A stretch of DNA of 64,000 bases from Ascidiella aspersa (lineage: Eukaryota), in NCBI GenBank assembly GCA_963924565.1, contig OZ004615.1, positions 20,460,001-20,524,000 on the forward strand. Direction: 5' to 3'. A program made the translations under genes and the position numbers. Under the pieces are notes generated by a model, which saw only the letters and a list, made by a program, of their open reading frames with translations, was not told the origin of the DNA and did no database searches. Positions 1 through 12,127 of this stretch are shown here, in pieces; position 1 is the stretch's first letter; every line of letters begins with the position of its first letter.

Positions 1-526
1 GTGCAAAATCAGCACATTGAGCTATTTTTTAAAAACTGGATTTTCATTTGTCTGTATTACACCTAGTCAGAGCGAAACGCGAAAAGTAACAGCAATCAGT
101 TTCTACATTCGAGAATAAAATAGAGCAGCTAAAAATATTTGGACATGGGGAATTATAATTACGTTCTACATTTTATACTTTTTTACTGAACCCTTGCCTA
201 CAATGATTCGTCGCACAGACATGTAGTGTAGGCCTATATTTTTGTTTTTTAGTAAAGTTACCGGTGTTACTTGTGTAAGCGTAAACTGAGCTGATTGTTT
301 TAAAAGCGTTTGTGGCGGCATGCTTTTACTTCACTAAAAGTGGGAGCAAAATAATTTTTTATTGGCATAGCAATATCAAGACTCGAAATTGTAGTGTGAC
401 ATTACTGTACCTTTTTTATATCAAATTTAAAAAATGATTTTAATCACCTTAAATAAACATCTGTTTCTGAAATACATATACAATCAACTTCAAATGATCT
501 TTTAACGTTCATATTGCTCAAAACAA

Positions 527-3500
527 TTACATGCGTACTTCCAATTTAACTTTACACTCTCTTGGCGCCACTACGGTGGAAACGATTGGGTCCATTGATG
601 GCAATTCTTCGGTCGCGCAACGAATGGTGAACCTTTGGATAATCTTCACAAAGAAAATGAAGATCTCAACGCGGGCCAAGCTCTCTCCTAAGCAAAACCG
701 AGGTCCGATAGAAAACGGGATAATCTTGTTGGAGGCAACGAACTTTCCCTCTTCGTCTATGTGCCTGTGTGGGTCAAACTTTTCCGGATCAGGCCAGGTC
801 TCTGGGTCCATATGCGCTCCGTCCAAATTCGCCATTACCTGTAGTAAATGTGAAATAGTTATTTAGTAGGCCTACCAGTTGAATTGATAAGTAGCTTGGT
901 GAACCGCAGTTATGCATGTCAACTATACCCTTTGGTGGACTTTAAAATTTGAGTTTGTTACTATGTGATAAAACCTTTTGTAGGTTGCAGGCAGTGACTT
1001 TATCTCAACTATTACCCGCGCGAGACGGGTCATGTTTGGTGGGATTGCGACTAACACAGGTTGTTGTTGATTTGTTCATTTATTTATCATTTGTAAGCGA
1101 ACAGTAAGAAAGCTTGAATATAGGATTACTCTACGAGCAGTCAAGCACTTACAATGGTGCCTTTTGGCAGTACGTAGCCTTCCAATTCAACTTCGGCCGA
1201 AGTGCAGTGCTGGACGCCGAATGGGGTGATGGTTTTTATTCTCATCACTTCTTGTATAAACGCGCACGTTATAGGCATGTGAAGCCTATTCGACATTGAA
1301 GGTATTCCAGACGTTCCTATAACACATAAAACCTGGACATACTGATTTGCGTTGTCAATTAGGTCGTCTTTGATTTTTAGTAGAGCTGTTGCTGTGGCGT
1401 ATTCCACAAAAATCCGGTATTCCGGAATTTTATTTCCGGTATTTTTACAAAAATACTCAGTTGAGACGGCGTGTCACAGAGGGGGCGTAACTAACGTAAG
1501 TAAAACTGTAAAATACCCTAAAACAGCAATACATTCTTACCTAAAATTTCTTCGATTTCATGGTCGATTTGCTTCTGGTAGTCTGGATAGTGGAGGGAAA
1601 AAACGAACAGCCAAGCCAGAGTGGTGCTGGTAGTTTCTGAGCCCGCCGCAAAAAAATCACGGCATACGGTTATCAGCTGGGTGTCCTGCATTGTAACTGA
1701 TTGATAACACTTGTTTGAATTGGAATATGATATTTTGGAGCATAATGACTGGAGGTTGTAGTAAGACGTAATAAGAATATCAAAGCCACATAGCTATGTT
1801 GAAAATGAATAAAGAGTTGATCGAAACGTTCAAAATGATACCTACTTCTGTATGGGCTTTGATATTCTTATTACGAAATGTGATATGTTACACCTTTGTT
1901 GTTGTTAAGACAAATTACCCTACACGTACTAATTCAGCAGTTTACTTGCTTTGTCACATTAAAAATCGATTGCCTTTTAAGTAACATTGAAAATCGACGA
2001 GAACGCAAAACTCCCTCGTTAACTGCGCGGTAATTAGTTTTTTATTTCAAACTGTTTGGTATATGGCTAATGCCTTCTTGGAGTTTCTGCTTGGTCGGCC
2101 ACTTACAATGAATCCGGATTGTTTTGGTGTCTTTCCGTTTCGTTGTTCGTAAATAAACGCATCGATATAATCGTCCACGTTGTCAGGATCGAATCGCTTT
2201 CTGTGTTCTTCCACTTGCACGTTTATGAAACCTACAAAAAAGCGTTTTATTCGCAAGAATGTAAAACGGTGTTTATCAAGCGGATTTCAGAAAACCGCAT
2301 AACCCGTGCAAATCTTGTAGGTACAGGTGTTTTCAAGCGATAGGACACGTTTCATGCTGAGAGCCTTTTTGTTCCAAAACTGATAGCCGTGCAAGAAATA
2401 TAGATCTTTAACACTTTTCGCCTGTCGTTGAGTTTTATATGTTAAACAATATTTTTTTAATCTGTTCTGTAAAACTTGTGCTTTTTATTTACAGCTCAAA
2501 TTACAAGGCTTATATTTAGACCTTACCTAATATCTCACGCAACCTTTCTCCGAATACCCTTACAGCTTCTGCAAATGGCGGAAATCTTGCCAGAAAACCA
2601 ATACCGAACACCAACGATAGTCTTTTCGCATATTTAGGGTCCGAAAATCTGCCGAGAAAGAATGATTTAGTTTTCATAAAAAATAACACACAAAAATGAG
2701 CCTAATATAATTTTGGCATACGAACAGCATTGTGAGCTTGTTGAGTAGATTTCTGAAAGTCTCATCCCCGTAATCGTAGTGCTTTCCAAATGCAGTTTGC
2801 ATAATGACGTTCGACGTTAACAAGTAGAAGTATTCCTTTAAAAAAGAAAGTTTTAAAACAATGTATTCCAGCTGTTGCGCTGAATTACCGATAGATGTAT
2901 ACGTTTAAATGATGGAAACAAAATGCGTTGTGCATATAAACGTTTTATAAAAATCTATTGTTGTTGTTTTCTTGTCAACGGTCATTAGAAAGTAAGCAGG
3001 CCAATCCGAAGAAAAGCTTCTCGAAATATGTTGTAGCATATTGTTTGCGAAACATATATTTTGCTGAAACTATGTCATTTTCGTTTACCCATTTGTCAAA
3101 AGGTTAGTGAAAGTAGTTTGTTGCCAAATGGTCGCATATATTTTCACATACTTTGCAGCCTTGATTCACGTGTTAGTTAAGAATTTATTGCTAAAAACAT
3201 TCAAGTAACGCTCGGCAAATAAGTAAGTCCTAAACAAATAAATACAAAATGTTATCCCATTTATAAAAAAATAATTTACCTTTAAATTCACTGTATCGTC
3301 CGGTTTGTGTTTGTCTTTTAAAAAATTAACCAATCGATCTCCTTCGTCGTTTATCAACGCTTCGAACGTTTTCTTGCCCAAACCTTTTCTGCATAAAAAA
3401 TAGAAAAAAGTAAATATACCCTTGTTTACGGCGACCAGCCGTCATAACGATTTTATCAAATTTCGGTAAAAATATCAAGGTCATAATATTCGATAAAATC

Positions 3501-5160
3501 GACATTTTACAATCAACAGACGTTCAGGCAATTAACTCATGCCATCATCAGTATAAAAATCAAGTGAAGACAAAATAAAACTTAAAACGAAAGGAAATGG
3601 CATGAGTTATTGCTGAAACGTCTGTAAATTGCGAAATGTCGATTTTATCGAATAATATGTCTTTGATATTTTTTACTGAAATTACTAAAAAACGTGTATT
3701 GTGTTTCACATTTTTCAAAATTCGTGAGATTCTCCAAACCCATATATCTTTTTTTTCTAAGAAAAGTGGCTGTCTAAATACGGCCAGTCAAGCACTCACT
3801 CTCGAAAATATTTCAAGGCGAAATGCTTTTGTGTCTTGAATTTCTCGTCGTATTTCTGGAAAACTATACCGCCATGTCCGGATTCTCGGCAGAAGAGAGC
3901 ATGCCAAGCACGGTCAGAGAACATACTTCCTTTCTTGACAAAAGCCTAAACAATTTAATAACAAGAATTTAATTTCTGAAAGCGTTATTGTGCAATGTAC
4001 AACGGGTCACATTATAAGGCCCATAAACAATTCATAAACCTATATGTAATTCATAGTAAACTATAATATTGTCTTTAATGGGTTTTATGTAATGGTAGCT
4101 AATGTGTGTATGTGTATGTGTTGTAAGCAGTGTTGTAAACAATTAAGTACCAGTAAAGTCATTTGTAAAACACCTTCCAAGTTAAGTCCAAAAATTACAA
4201 GTCAAGTCCTAGTCAAGTCATAATTAGAGCAAGTCAATTCCTAGTAAAACCTTCTCAAAAAAATTAAATGTAAAAAATCAAACTTTTTAAAGTTAGTAAA
4301 CTCTTTCGATTACGAGCAATACCTCAACTAACGTAAACGCAACATATTCCAAGCAAATTGTTTTAGGTACAAAAATTAGGACAAATAACTCAATTTAAAA
4401 AATACGCTTAATGAAAACACTTCATTTCAACCCAAGTCATTTGTCCTAAAGCAGGGGTTGTTAAACTTTTTTGCCGCTAAATTTTTTTTGACATCGTGTG
4501 GATCACGAAAGGCAAAATTAAAAAAAAATGACGTCACAAACTGACGTCGCAATACAAATAAACTCTATAGATCTGTAGATTTCGGTCTAAAAAATGTTGA
4601 ACTGTTTAAGAACCCTTGTCCTAAAGACTTGAATAAATTAGGTCATTTGTCTAAAAGACTTAGCCTAACACAACTCACGTAATATTGCCCTAAAGACTGA
4701 AGTTAAGTAAAGTCACGTCATTTAAAAACAGTGACTTAAGTGCACTTAAGTCAAGTTATTGTCGTTGCAACACTGGTTGTAAGCACTTTAGTATTGCCGG
4801 TGAACGGCCCTGTTTGGAATAAAAATATGAATATGATATATGTGATAAAAATACTTAAATGTCTACCTTGTTTATCGCTTCAAACGTGTTTAAAACAACC
4901 ACAGACTTTATCCCCATGCGCGCCGACATAATAGGTCCGTACTGTTCGAGACTCCATTTCTTGAAAACCTTTGCTGGTGATTTAGACAAGTGAGGCAGCA
5001 CTCCAACAATAGGAAAGCCGATTGGCCCTGGCGGGAATTTAGCGTGAGGTCGTGATCTCCAGTAAAAATACAACAGAAATACAACAAGACTGAACCAAGT
5101 GAAGCTGTTTAGGTTTGACAACAAACCGACTACCTCTTGCAGAATTGCGTGTACCTTCAT
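527..5160 (-). CDS. Cytochrome P450, clan 2 (CYP2-like), gene G1; 9 exons, ~508 aa
   Basis: Exons 5160-4867, 3945-3800, 3388-3280, 2835-2726, 2648-2527, 2231-2107, 1685-1541, 1316-1153, 838-527 splice in frame with GT-AG ends. Motifs: TM anchor plus PPGP, I-helix AGSETT, K-helix EVMR, PEKFDP, heme FSIGPRFCLG. Confidence 0.93.
3447..3695. mobile_element. Inverted Penelope-like pLTR pair (foldback) in G1 intron 2
   Basis: ~100-bp arms at 3447-3545 and 3597-3695. The consensus of the two arms reconstructs tttata-CTGATGA-T-ggca(..)tgcc-GAAAC-GTC-tgtaaa. Confidence 0.65.
4128..4775. mobile_element. hAT-type MITE with a nested second hAT MITE (4452-4618), G1 intron 1
   Basis: Outer: TIR cagtgttgtaaac/gttgcaacactg with perfect 8-bp TSD gttgtaag. 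Inner: caggggttgttaaac...gtttaagaacccttg with perfect TSD tcctaaag. Confidence 0.85.
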
Positions 5161-7591
5161 TCTTTAAATGCTCTCAGCAACATTCGTTCTACCCAGGTTA
5201 ATTGTTAACTTATGTAACTAGTTATGAACTATACATTATAAAAGCAACTTAAATTATTCAGCTATAGTTTCCATTTCAAGTCATGTCTATATGCCTTTAA
5301 GTTAAGTCAATGTAAGTCGCTTTTGCAGCATTGACTTCATAGCCATCGCAACACTTTCTCTATTCAAGCAAATGATTAACGCACATAGCGTTATAGGAAA
5401 CATATTGGGCGAGCTTCCTTTTAATAGAAAACACTGTTTAATGTTAAAATAGAAACACTGTTTAATGTTAAGTCCGCGTTTTTTCACTTTAGTGTAGAAT
5501 ACAAAATTTTTCTTGCGCTTCAAACGTTTCCAACAAGTTGATTTAATTACTTTTAACTGCTTCTATATTACCGTAGTTATACGTCCTCATGCACTAAAGT
5601 CCAATCCAAAAACAACGAGTTGAGTGAAGGTACAGCTTTATACTATTACAACTGAACCAGCTCAAACGTTAAGATTTGACATAAAACCTATCTGAAACTT
5701 TCAGACTGAAAGCGTTTATTTGCTGATAAGCTCTGAGCGATCCAAGTCTGGGTTAGTTGCATCCTGCCTTTTTCTCACTTAAATTCTGTAACGCTGGTGG
5801 CTATAGCCAGGAAGCAATGTTAGTAACCAGTGCATATTTCAATTGGGGTACATGACTGCCGTGTGATCTAACTCCATCAAGTCGAAACTTAACAAACTGC
5901 CTAAAACTACAAATCAAAGTGCATATTGTGAGATCGCTGGTGTATTCTACATTTCCGAAATCGACATAACTGCGCTTTTAATGAATACAGTTCACAACAG
6001 CGCAGCACAAACACGTTCCACAAACACGTTCTCGAAAGTATGGCGCTCAAATCGTTGTGTCAAGCTCAGTTTTTCCAGCAGCCGCTGTAAACTTTGTAGC
6101 ACAAGAGCGACTGCCTTGGGGATTAGCATCCGTTCCCGACTCGATTTGCCAGCCGGCTTAGCAAGGAAAGAGTAAAGTAGAACGTTTAAAACTTCAGCAT
6201 CAATCGGATATGCTGTAATAATTTTCACAGACATGCAGGTCCCCTACAGCATCATTTAAAACAAGCTTTACTCGAATCTTCAAGTAGGGCTACAACTATT
6301 GCCTGTGCAGACACCATTTTTCTGCTTTGAAGCAAGTTCTTTCAAACACTTACAGTAGGCGTAGTGCCAAAACGAAATGTTCATGTCTAATAAAATACAG
6401 TAGTTATTAGACAAAAAACATTGCTCGACAGAAACCGTTAAACCTCTTGTTAAATTGCGAGGAGTTTTTTTATTAACAAGTTTGTTTGCTAATCCGATTT
6501 GAGCAATCTAGCAACTTGTGTTTGTTAACGATTAGCTCAACATTCCTGATTACCGGTACCGCGTCATACCTTTGATCCAATAACTAGCATAAATGAGTTG
6601 TTTAATACAACCTGTGAAGGATAGTTTAGTATAGCGTTTCTTTATTGTTTTACTTTACGGCGCACCTGTAGTCCTTTTTTCTGATTAGACAGATATTTCT
6701 CTTGAAATCCTTGTAAATTTGTATTTTAAAAGGCCTCATATAATTACCTACCTTTAACTAGCTCTGGGGTGAATGATCTAAGCAAAAAGAGAAAGTAAAA
6801 ATTATGAAAAACCCTGAGGTTTTAGGATTTTTTTGGCTTGCCCGCGGCACACCTGAGAATGTTTCATGGCACACCAATGCGCCGTGGCGCACCGGTTAAG
6901 AAGCGCTGGTTTAGTATATACCTTCTAGCTTTAAATGTTTGCATTTCTAATTACGTTTTAATAACCAAGGTAAAATAGCAAATTAATAGATCCCGTAGAT
7001 TAAACATGCAAATTGATAACGACTTGAGATTTTAGTTGTACGAGGGGTGAATCCTCTACTTCTACTTAACCAAAACGGTGTTACACTTACGTTAATATTG
7101 GTATTTTTTTTAATTAGAAGTGGTGTTGCGTGCGATGCTATATTGCAAATCAGGTGTAGATTCACAAAAACTCAAAAAAATCTGAAGAATATCTCTTTGG
7201 AAAGACGAGACGTTATTGGCTATGGATACATAGAAAATAAACTAGTCTAGGGAAGCGATAAATTTGAATATCTAGGTTAAATTACAAAAGAAAAATGTGA
7301 ATTGTAAAAACATCATTTGTTGGTACCGGGGAGGATTGAGTGTTTGCTACATGAAGTTAATACTTGGCCCTATTCAATTGTTTAACACAAACTTTACCTT
7401 CTCTGTCTTCTTTTTCTTAAACTTATATTGTTAGCTGTTTCTGCGTCAATGCTGTTACCTATCGGAGAGTTTATGTCAACTAAAAAGTAGGACAAAAAGT
7501 AGGACAAAATAGTTTGTAGCAGCATAGATTAATGACGCCGGTCTTATCCAGTAAGCTTCTCAAAATACAAAAGTAAACGTCTCGGTAAACT

Positions 7592-10366
7592 ACAGTGGTG
7601 CCTTTTGCCAGGACAAAGTCTTTCCAATTCCACTTTAACTTTTCTTATGGTTAAATTGGTTGGATAACTGGCCTTGGAACAGCAATTGTTTGAGATAATG
7701 TACGCAACTATTTAGGCTCCTTTTCGGCGTTCAGAAATATGCGCCGTTTTGCCGTAGTTTGTTGAGGTTACTGAAACCCATACCTGTTGTACTGATCTAG
7801 CGTCCACAACGTTCTAAGCAAGCGTTATAACTTGAGTAGTTAGTGTGACGTTTTATCGGTGCACCAAAGCGTTTATGTCCCGCTTTAAAACCACATGGGG
7901 TGTGGCAAGGTAAATTTACGTGGCCACTTTGCAAATTGCTCGTTCAATTTGAATCGTGTCGCACCATGTGACTCGTTACGTTTTTCTAACATGACGATTT
8001 TCGAAAAGAAACTGTTTTCCTGATTTATTTTTATTGTTACGCTTTACACGCACAACAGATGTTGAATATCTGATGGAAAACTAGGCAACTTAACAGAGTT
8101 TTACGTACTTGGTTAAACTGGCTTACCTGCTTTGTTTTCTAAAACACGTATCTCCGTTTTATGTCACAAAATGTTTATTGTAACGCCTACTGTCTTCAAA
8201 ACAGTCGGAGCGAATGTATAGCACAAATCAACCACCAGCAGCAAACCGCAAACCTTGCCTTCAAGGCATAGCATAATTTCAGGTTGTACAACGGAGAAGA
8301 TCCAAAAAATTCTCGGCCGTAGCATATACAACGGTCTCAAATGTTTGGTCGCGTTGCTACATGCTAGTCTACTCTACAGCATTTCCACCGCAATTCGCTG
8401 ATTTTAAAATCCACAATTGTAAAGGGTATTCATGTATGGGAAGTTAACGTCAAATGGTAGACGAATGCCGTCTAACGACCATTAAAACAACTTCGTTTTC
8501 GAAACATGTTCACACGCTTCAATTGTTCAACCCACATTTCAGGAAGCTTTGACGATTCTGTTGTTAACATATGCGGCAAATTGGTAATTGACACAGCCGG
8601 AAAATAAGCTACCAACCAAACTATAGAACTAAATTAAAGACAGACTGGTCGCATTTTAGCAGCTGAAGCGGTTTGAAACATGTAGGATTGCACCATGACC
8701 CATAGGACGGATGAACTTGTCGTTATCTGGTTAAAGTTAGATAACCTGCAAATTTTAAAAAGGGCGGGGTGGATTAGCCAGATCTAAGGATTAGCATAGA
8801 GCTTAAATGTAAATTATCCTAACTATAAGTAAACGTTGAGTTTGTAGAGCCAATCTGGCAGTTTTATGCTTTTTATTTCTGCTGTATATAAATACGTCAC
8901 ATGAAATATTTAGGTTAACAAGATTTTTTCGGGATTCTATGGTTTTCAATGTGGGTTTGTCTCTGTTAACAGGCGTACACGTTCTTAACTTGAAGTTATC
9001 ATTATAAAACAGGCAATATTCCTTCGTCCCACAAGTCTTTAAAACAATTGGAAACGATATTGCTTAGTGTCTTGTTTATTTTGCTTTGTCAGTTCGGACG
9101 TCGTAATGTACTATATTTACTAAGTGTCTGTGAAGGCGCACAGACATAGTTAAGGCAAACCGGAACAACACGAATTTGATGGCAGCAAGCCGAAGTTAAT
9201 GGTTCACGTTTACATGCACTTTCTGTGATAAACGAATTGGTGTCGACCGATTATAAACGTCCCATCTACTTAGAGATCATACAAATAGTTGTCATTTTAT
9301 CAAGTGTGAATTTAGAAGTTATTTTAAATAGTGTTTTGTCAATTTCCTCTTTGATTTTCTTCTGATATATAGCCTTTATAATGAAGGCAATAACTCTGGT
9401 CAACAAATTTTCACTTTTTTGTATTTCTTTTTTTTTCGAATATACCTTCTCTAGCACATCACATTTTTAAAGTATCGTCAAATTTAAATTTATCCAAAAA
9501 CGCATTTAAAACAACGCACAACTGTTATACATGGCCCGTGAAAACGTCTGTCATAAAAATACACATAACTCAAGTCATCACCATAGAACTTTTATGATGG
9601 AATTTTCAACTATTTCCTTCTTCTAAAATCCTTGGTGACAGGGTTTCATTACTTAAAATGACGTTTCGTCACTAACTGGACCAAGGTTTTCTGTAAAAAA
9701 GTTCAGCACAGTGTGCAGAAAATGCACTTTGAGTGACATACATAACCCATCTATATGCTAAGCTAAGCAGAATACCGAACGGAAAATAATGCAATTTTTT
9801 ACAGCCACAAATGCCAGACAAGCGCGTAATTACACCTTTTTACAATGTACATTCTTTGGAATTTTAGTAATATTTTGTTCCAGTAAGATTCCTTTCGTTT
9901 TGATCAGCTCAGTAGTGGCACTCTTTTGTAGAGAAATGCTAAACATAGAACCCCACTTTACTATTTCTGGAGCAAGAAAATTTTTTAAGAGGCGTAAGCT
10001 ATAACGTTTGTGATATCAGCCACTTACGGTTCTCTTATAGGCTTACAGTCTCTTCGTAATGTAGTTGGTAGCACGGCTGTTGTAGCAAAAGGACCATCTA
10101 CTGTAGGTTGTCTAAGTTAGATTTCCGTTTTGTCTTATTACCACATCAATCTTAACCAAATTGTTTTATTTTAATCCGTGATTTATTACCAAAACCACTG
10201 ACATAATGGGCACGCACCGTTCGAAGCTCCATTTTATTAATTCCTTCGTTGATGATATTTTAGACAAGTAGGGTGATATCCCACCAATAGAATAGCCGAT
10301 TTGAAATAATTTCCTGCTCTCATGCCAATTTCTATACAGAAGATAATCCTGTAGAGAACCATTCAT
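7592..10366 (-). pseudogene. Highly degraded CYP2-like ghost gene between G1 and G2
   Basis: Three relics in the correct order and strand: exon 1 at ~10166-10366 (IGYSIGGISPYLSK...KWSFERCVPIMSV), exon 7 end plus intron 7 at ~9243-9368 (YQKKIKEEIDKT, resembles G2 12893-13022), and exon 8 end at ~7592-7635 (gtgccttttgccaggacaaagtctttccaattc). Confidence 0.6.
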
Positions 10367-11583
10367 AAACCGATAGAAGTTGTTTGCAACTCGTTAATTT
10401 GTATAGCCTTCTTGTTTGGTTGGGTTTATAAGTACTTCTCTTTTTAAAATCTTCTTACGTTTCTTCCTCGTCTTGAATAACTTACCCATCTCTTTTCTGC
10501 ATAAATCGGAGTCCCTCTTATTTGCTTATTACCGCGGGAGTCGCATAATATTAAAAAACTTGTGCAGGGTAAAAGTACACAATTAACGGACAAAGGTTGC
10601 AGGAAAAAAAATGGCAAAAAAGAACAAGGACAATACATAATAATAGGAAAGTCATCATGCAGCCAACGATCGTTTAATTTTGTATATCGGCATACTTCCT
10701 CTTTTTAAATCTGAATATCGCTGGGAAGTTCGAACAGAAGATAATATCGCGAAAAAAGGTAACATAGCCTGGGCTCTCGGCATATTAACATTGATAATTA
10801 ACATACCTTGCACATAGAATGACAAAATTCTGCAATTTTTTGCACGGTTTAATTGTGCACTTCGAAGAGTAACTGCTTGGGGAAAATACGCGTTATTCGT
10901 ATAGTTTCATACCTAACCATGCGCTCACGTTATTTCTGTATAAAGACGTCACGGGGCACAAGTAAAACAAAGGGTATACGGTTTCCGTTGCGTTATTGCA
11001 AAAAGTACATTGTCTTGATTCTATTTTACCAAACGAATAAAGGCAATTATTGGTTACAATTGCACCCGAGAAACTAAATCTGGAAGCTTTTTAGTTTGTT
11101 TTTAATTGTTGAATTGTACAGGTTTGGATAAATGCTTTTCCATGGCAGACGTGCATCCCCCGCAACTTAAGGTCCGGTGCCAATCTAATTGAACTATATG
11201 TGAAAAAAGGACTGTTGTTTGTAAACTGTTTTGGTGGAGTTGCACTGGTGAATAAATACTTTATTTCGGTTCTAGATGATCGTGAATTTGGTTTGGAACC
11301 CGAATCCCACTCTTATTTGACAAAATCTTTGTTGTCTATGGAAAGTTAATTTTATTTGCCAATGCATCATATTAAAGGTACTCGCCATTTAATTTAAAAA
11401 AAATCTGTGTTGTTCGATGGAAAGTTAAATTTATTTGCCAATGCGTCATACATTAGGTATACTCGCCATTTATTTTCAGCAGTCCTGGTGAGAAAACTTT
11501 TGTATTTACGGAAAAGTTAAAATGAGAAGGTCACTAAGTGCCATTAAGCGGTAAAATATTTATTTTCATTGAAACATAATAAA

Positions 11584-12021
11584 TAGGGCGATCATTTTTT
11601 GACTTGTCACAAAACGTCAAAATTTTGTCAAAATTCACACGTTAGGTCAAAATTTGTCAATTGTTTTTTAAGTTAAAATCGAATAAAAATGTACATAAAT
11701 CGTTTACAAAAAAAAACAAACTATAGTCAGCTTTTTGAAATTGGTCGTTTAGTTTTTTTTTAATTTATCGTTCAATTTAAAAAAAAATTAGTTTTTATTT
11801 ATATTTATTTATAAGTCATTTTAACCGTATTATATCTTCATTAGAGCAATATACTGTATAAAAAACGTGCGAATAACGACGCCCTGGTTATTTAAATCAA
11901 TGTATTACTAACAGGTCAAAATTTTGTCAAAATAAACTATTTTTAGGTCAAAATTTGTCAAAATTTTCACTTTTCAGGTCAAAATTTCTTAATTTTTTGG
12001 TCAAAAAAAATATTCGCCCTA
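11584..12021. mobile_element. hAT-type MITE (TAGGG ends)
   Basis: TIR tagggcga/tcgcccta, perfect TSD ataataaa, many gtcaaaattt subterminal repeats. Truncated relatives start at ~18429 and ~20302. Confidence 0.85.
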
Positions 12022-12127
12022 ATAATAAATAAATCTTGTGAATTTTACAATAGGATGAAAATGTTTAGAATTAGATTTCAGTTGACAAGGCGTTCGTTTT
12101 TTAACTTACCCTCATACAGCCCTTCGT

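Noticed and set aside
1585-1610. Possible frameshift at the T-run in G1 exon 7, and at homopolymer runs in G3 exon 6 and G4 exon 5
   Set aside because: Counting the bases shows the frame is preserved (VFSLHYPDY in G1) and the exon lengths are canonical.
5981-8720. Slightly GC-richer patches with short ORFs (5981-6234 and ~8240-8720)
   Set aside because: No recognisable homology or splice structure; cannot be assigned without a database search.
7181-9690. Additional hammerhead-like fragments (ctgaaga...cgagacgtt at ~7182; gtgacgaaacgtc on the minus strand at ~9659-9672)
   Set aside because: Incomplete cores with no supporting stems or inverted partner.
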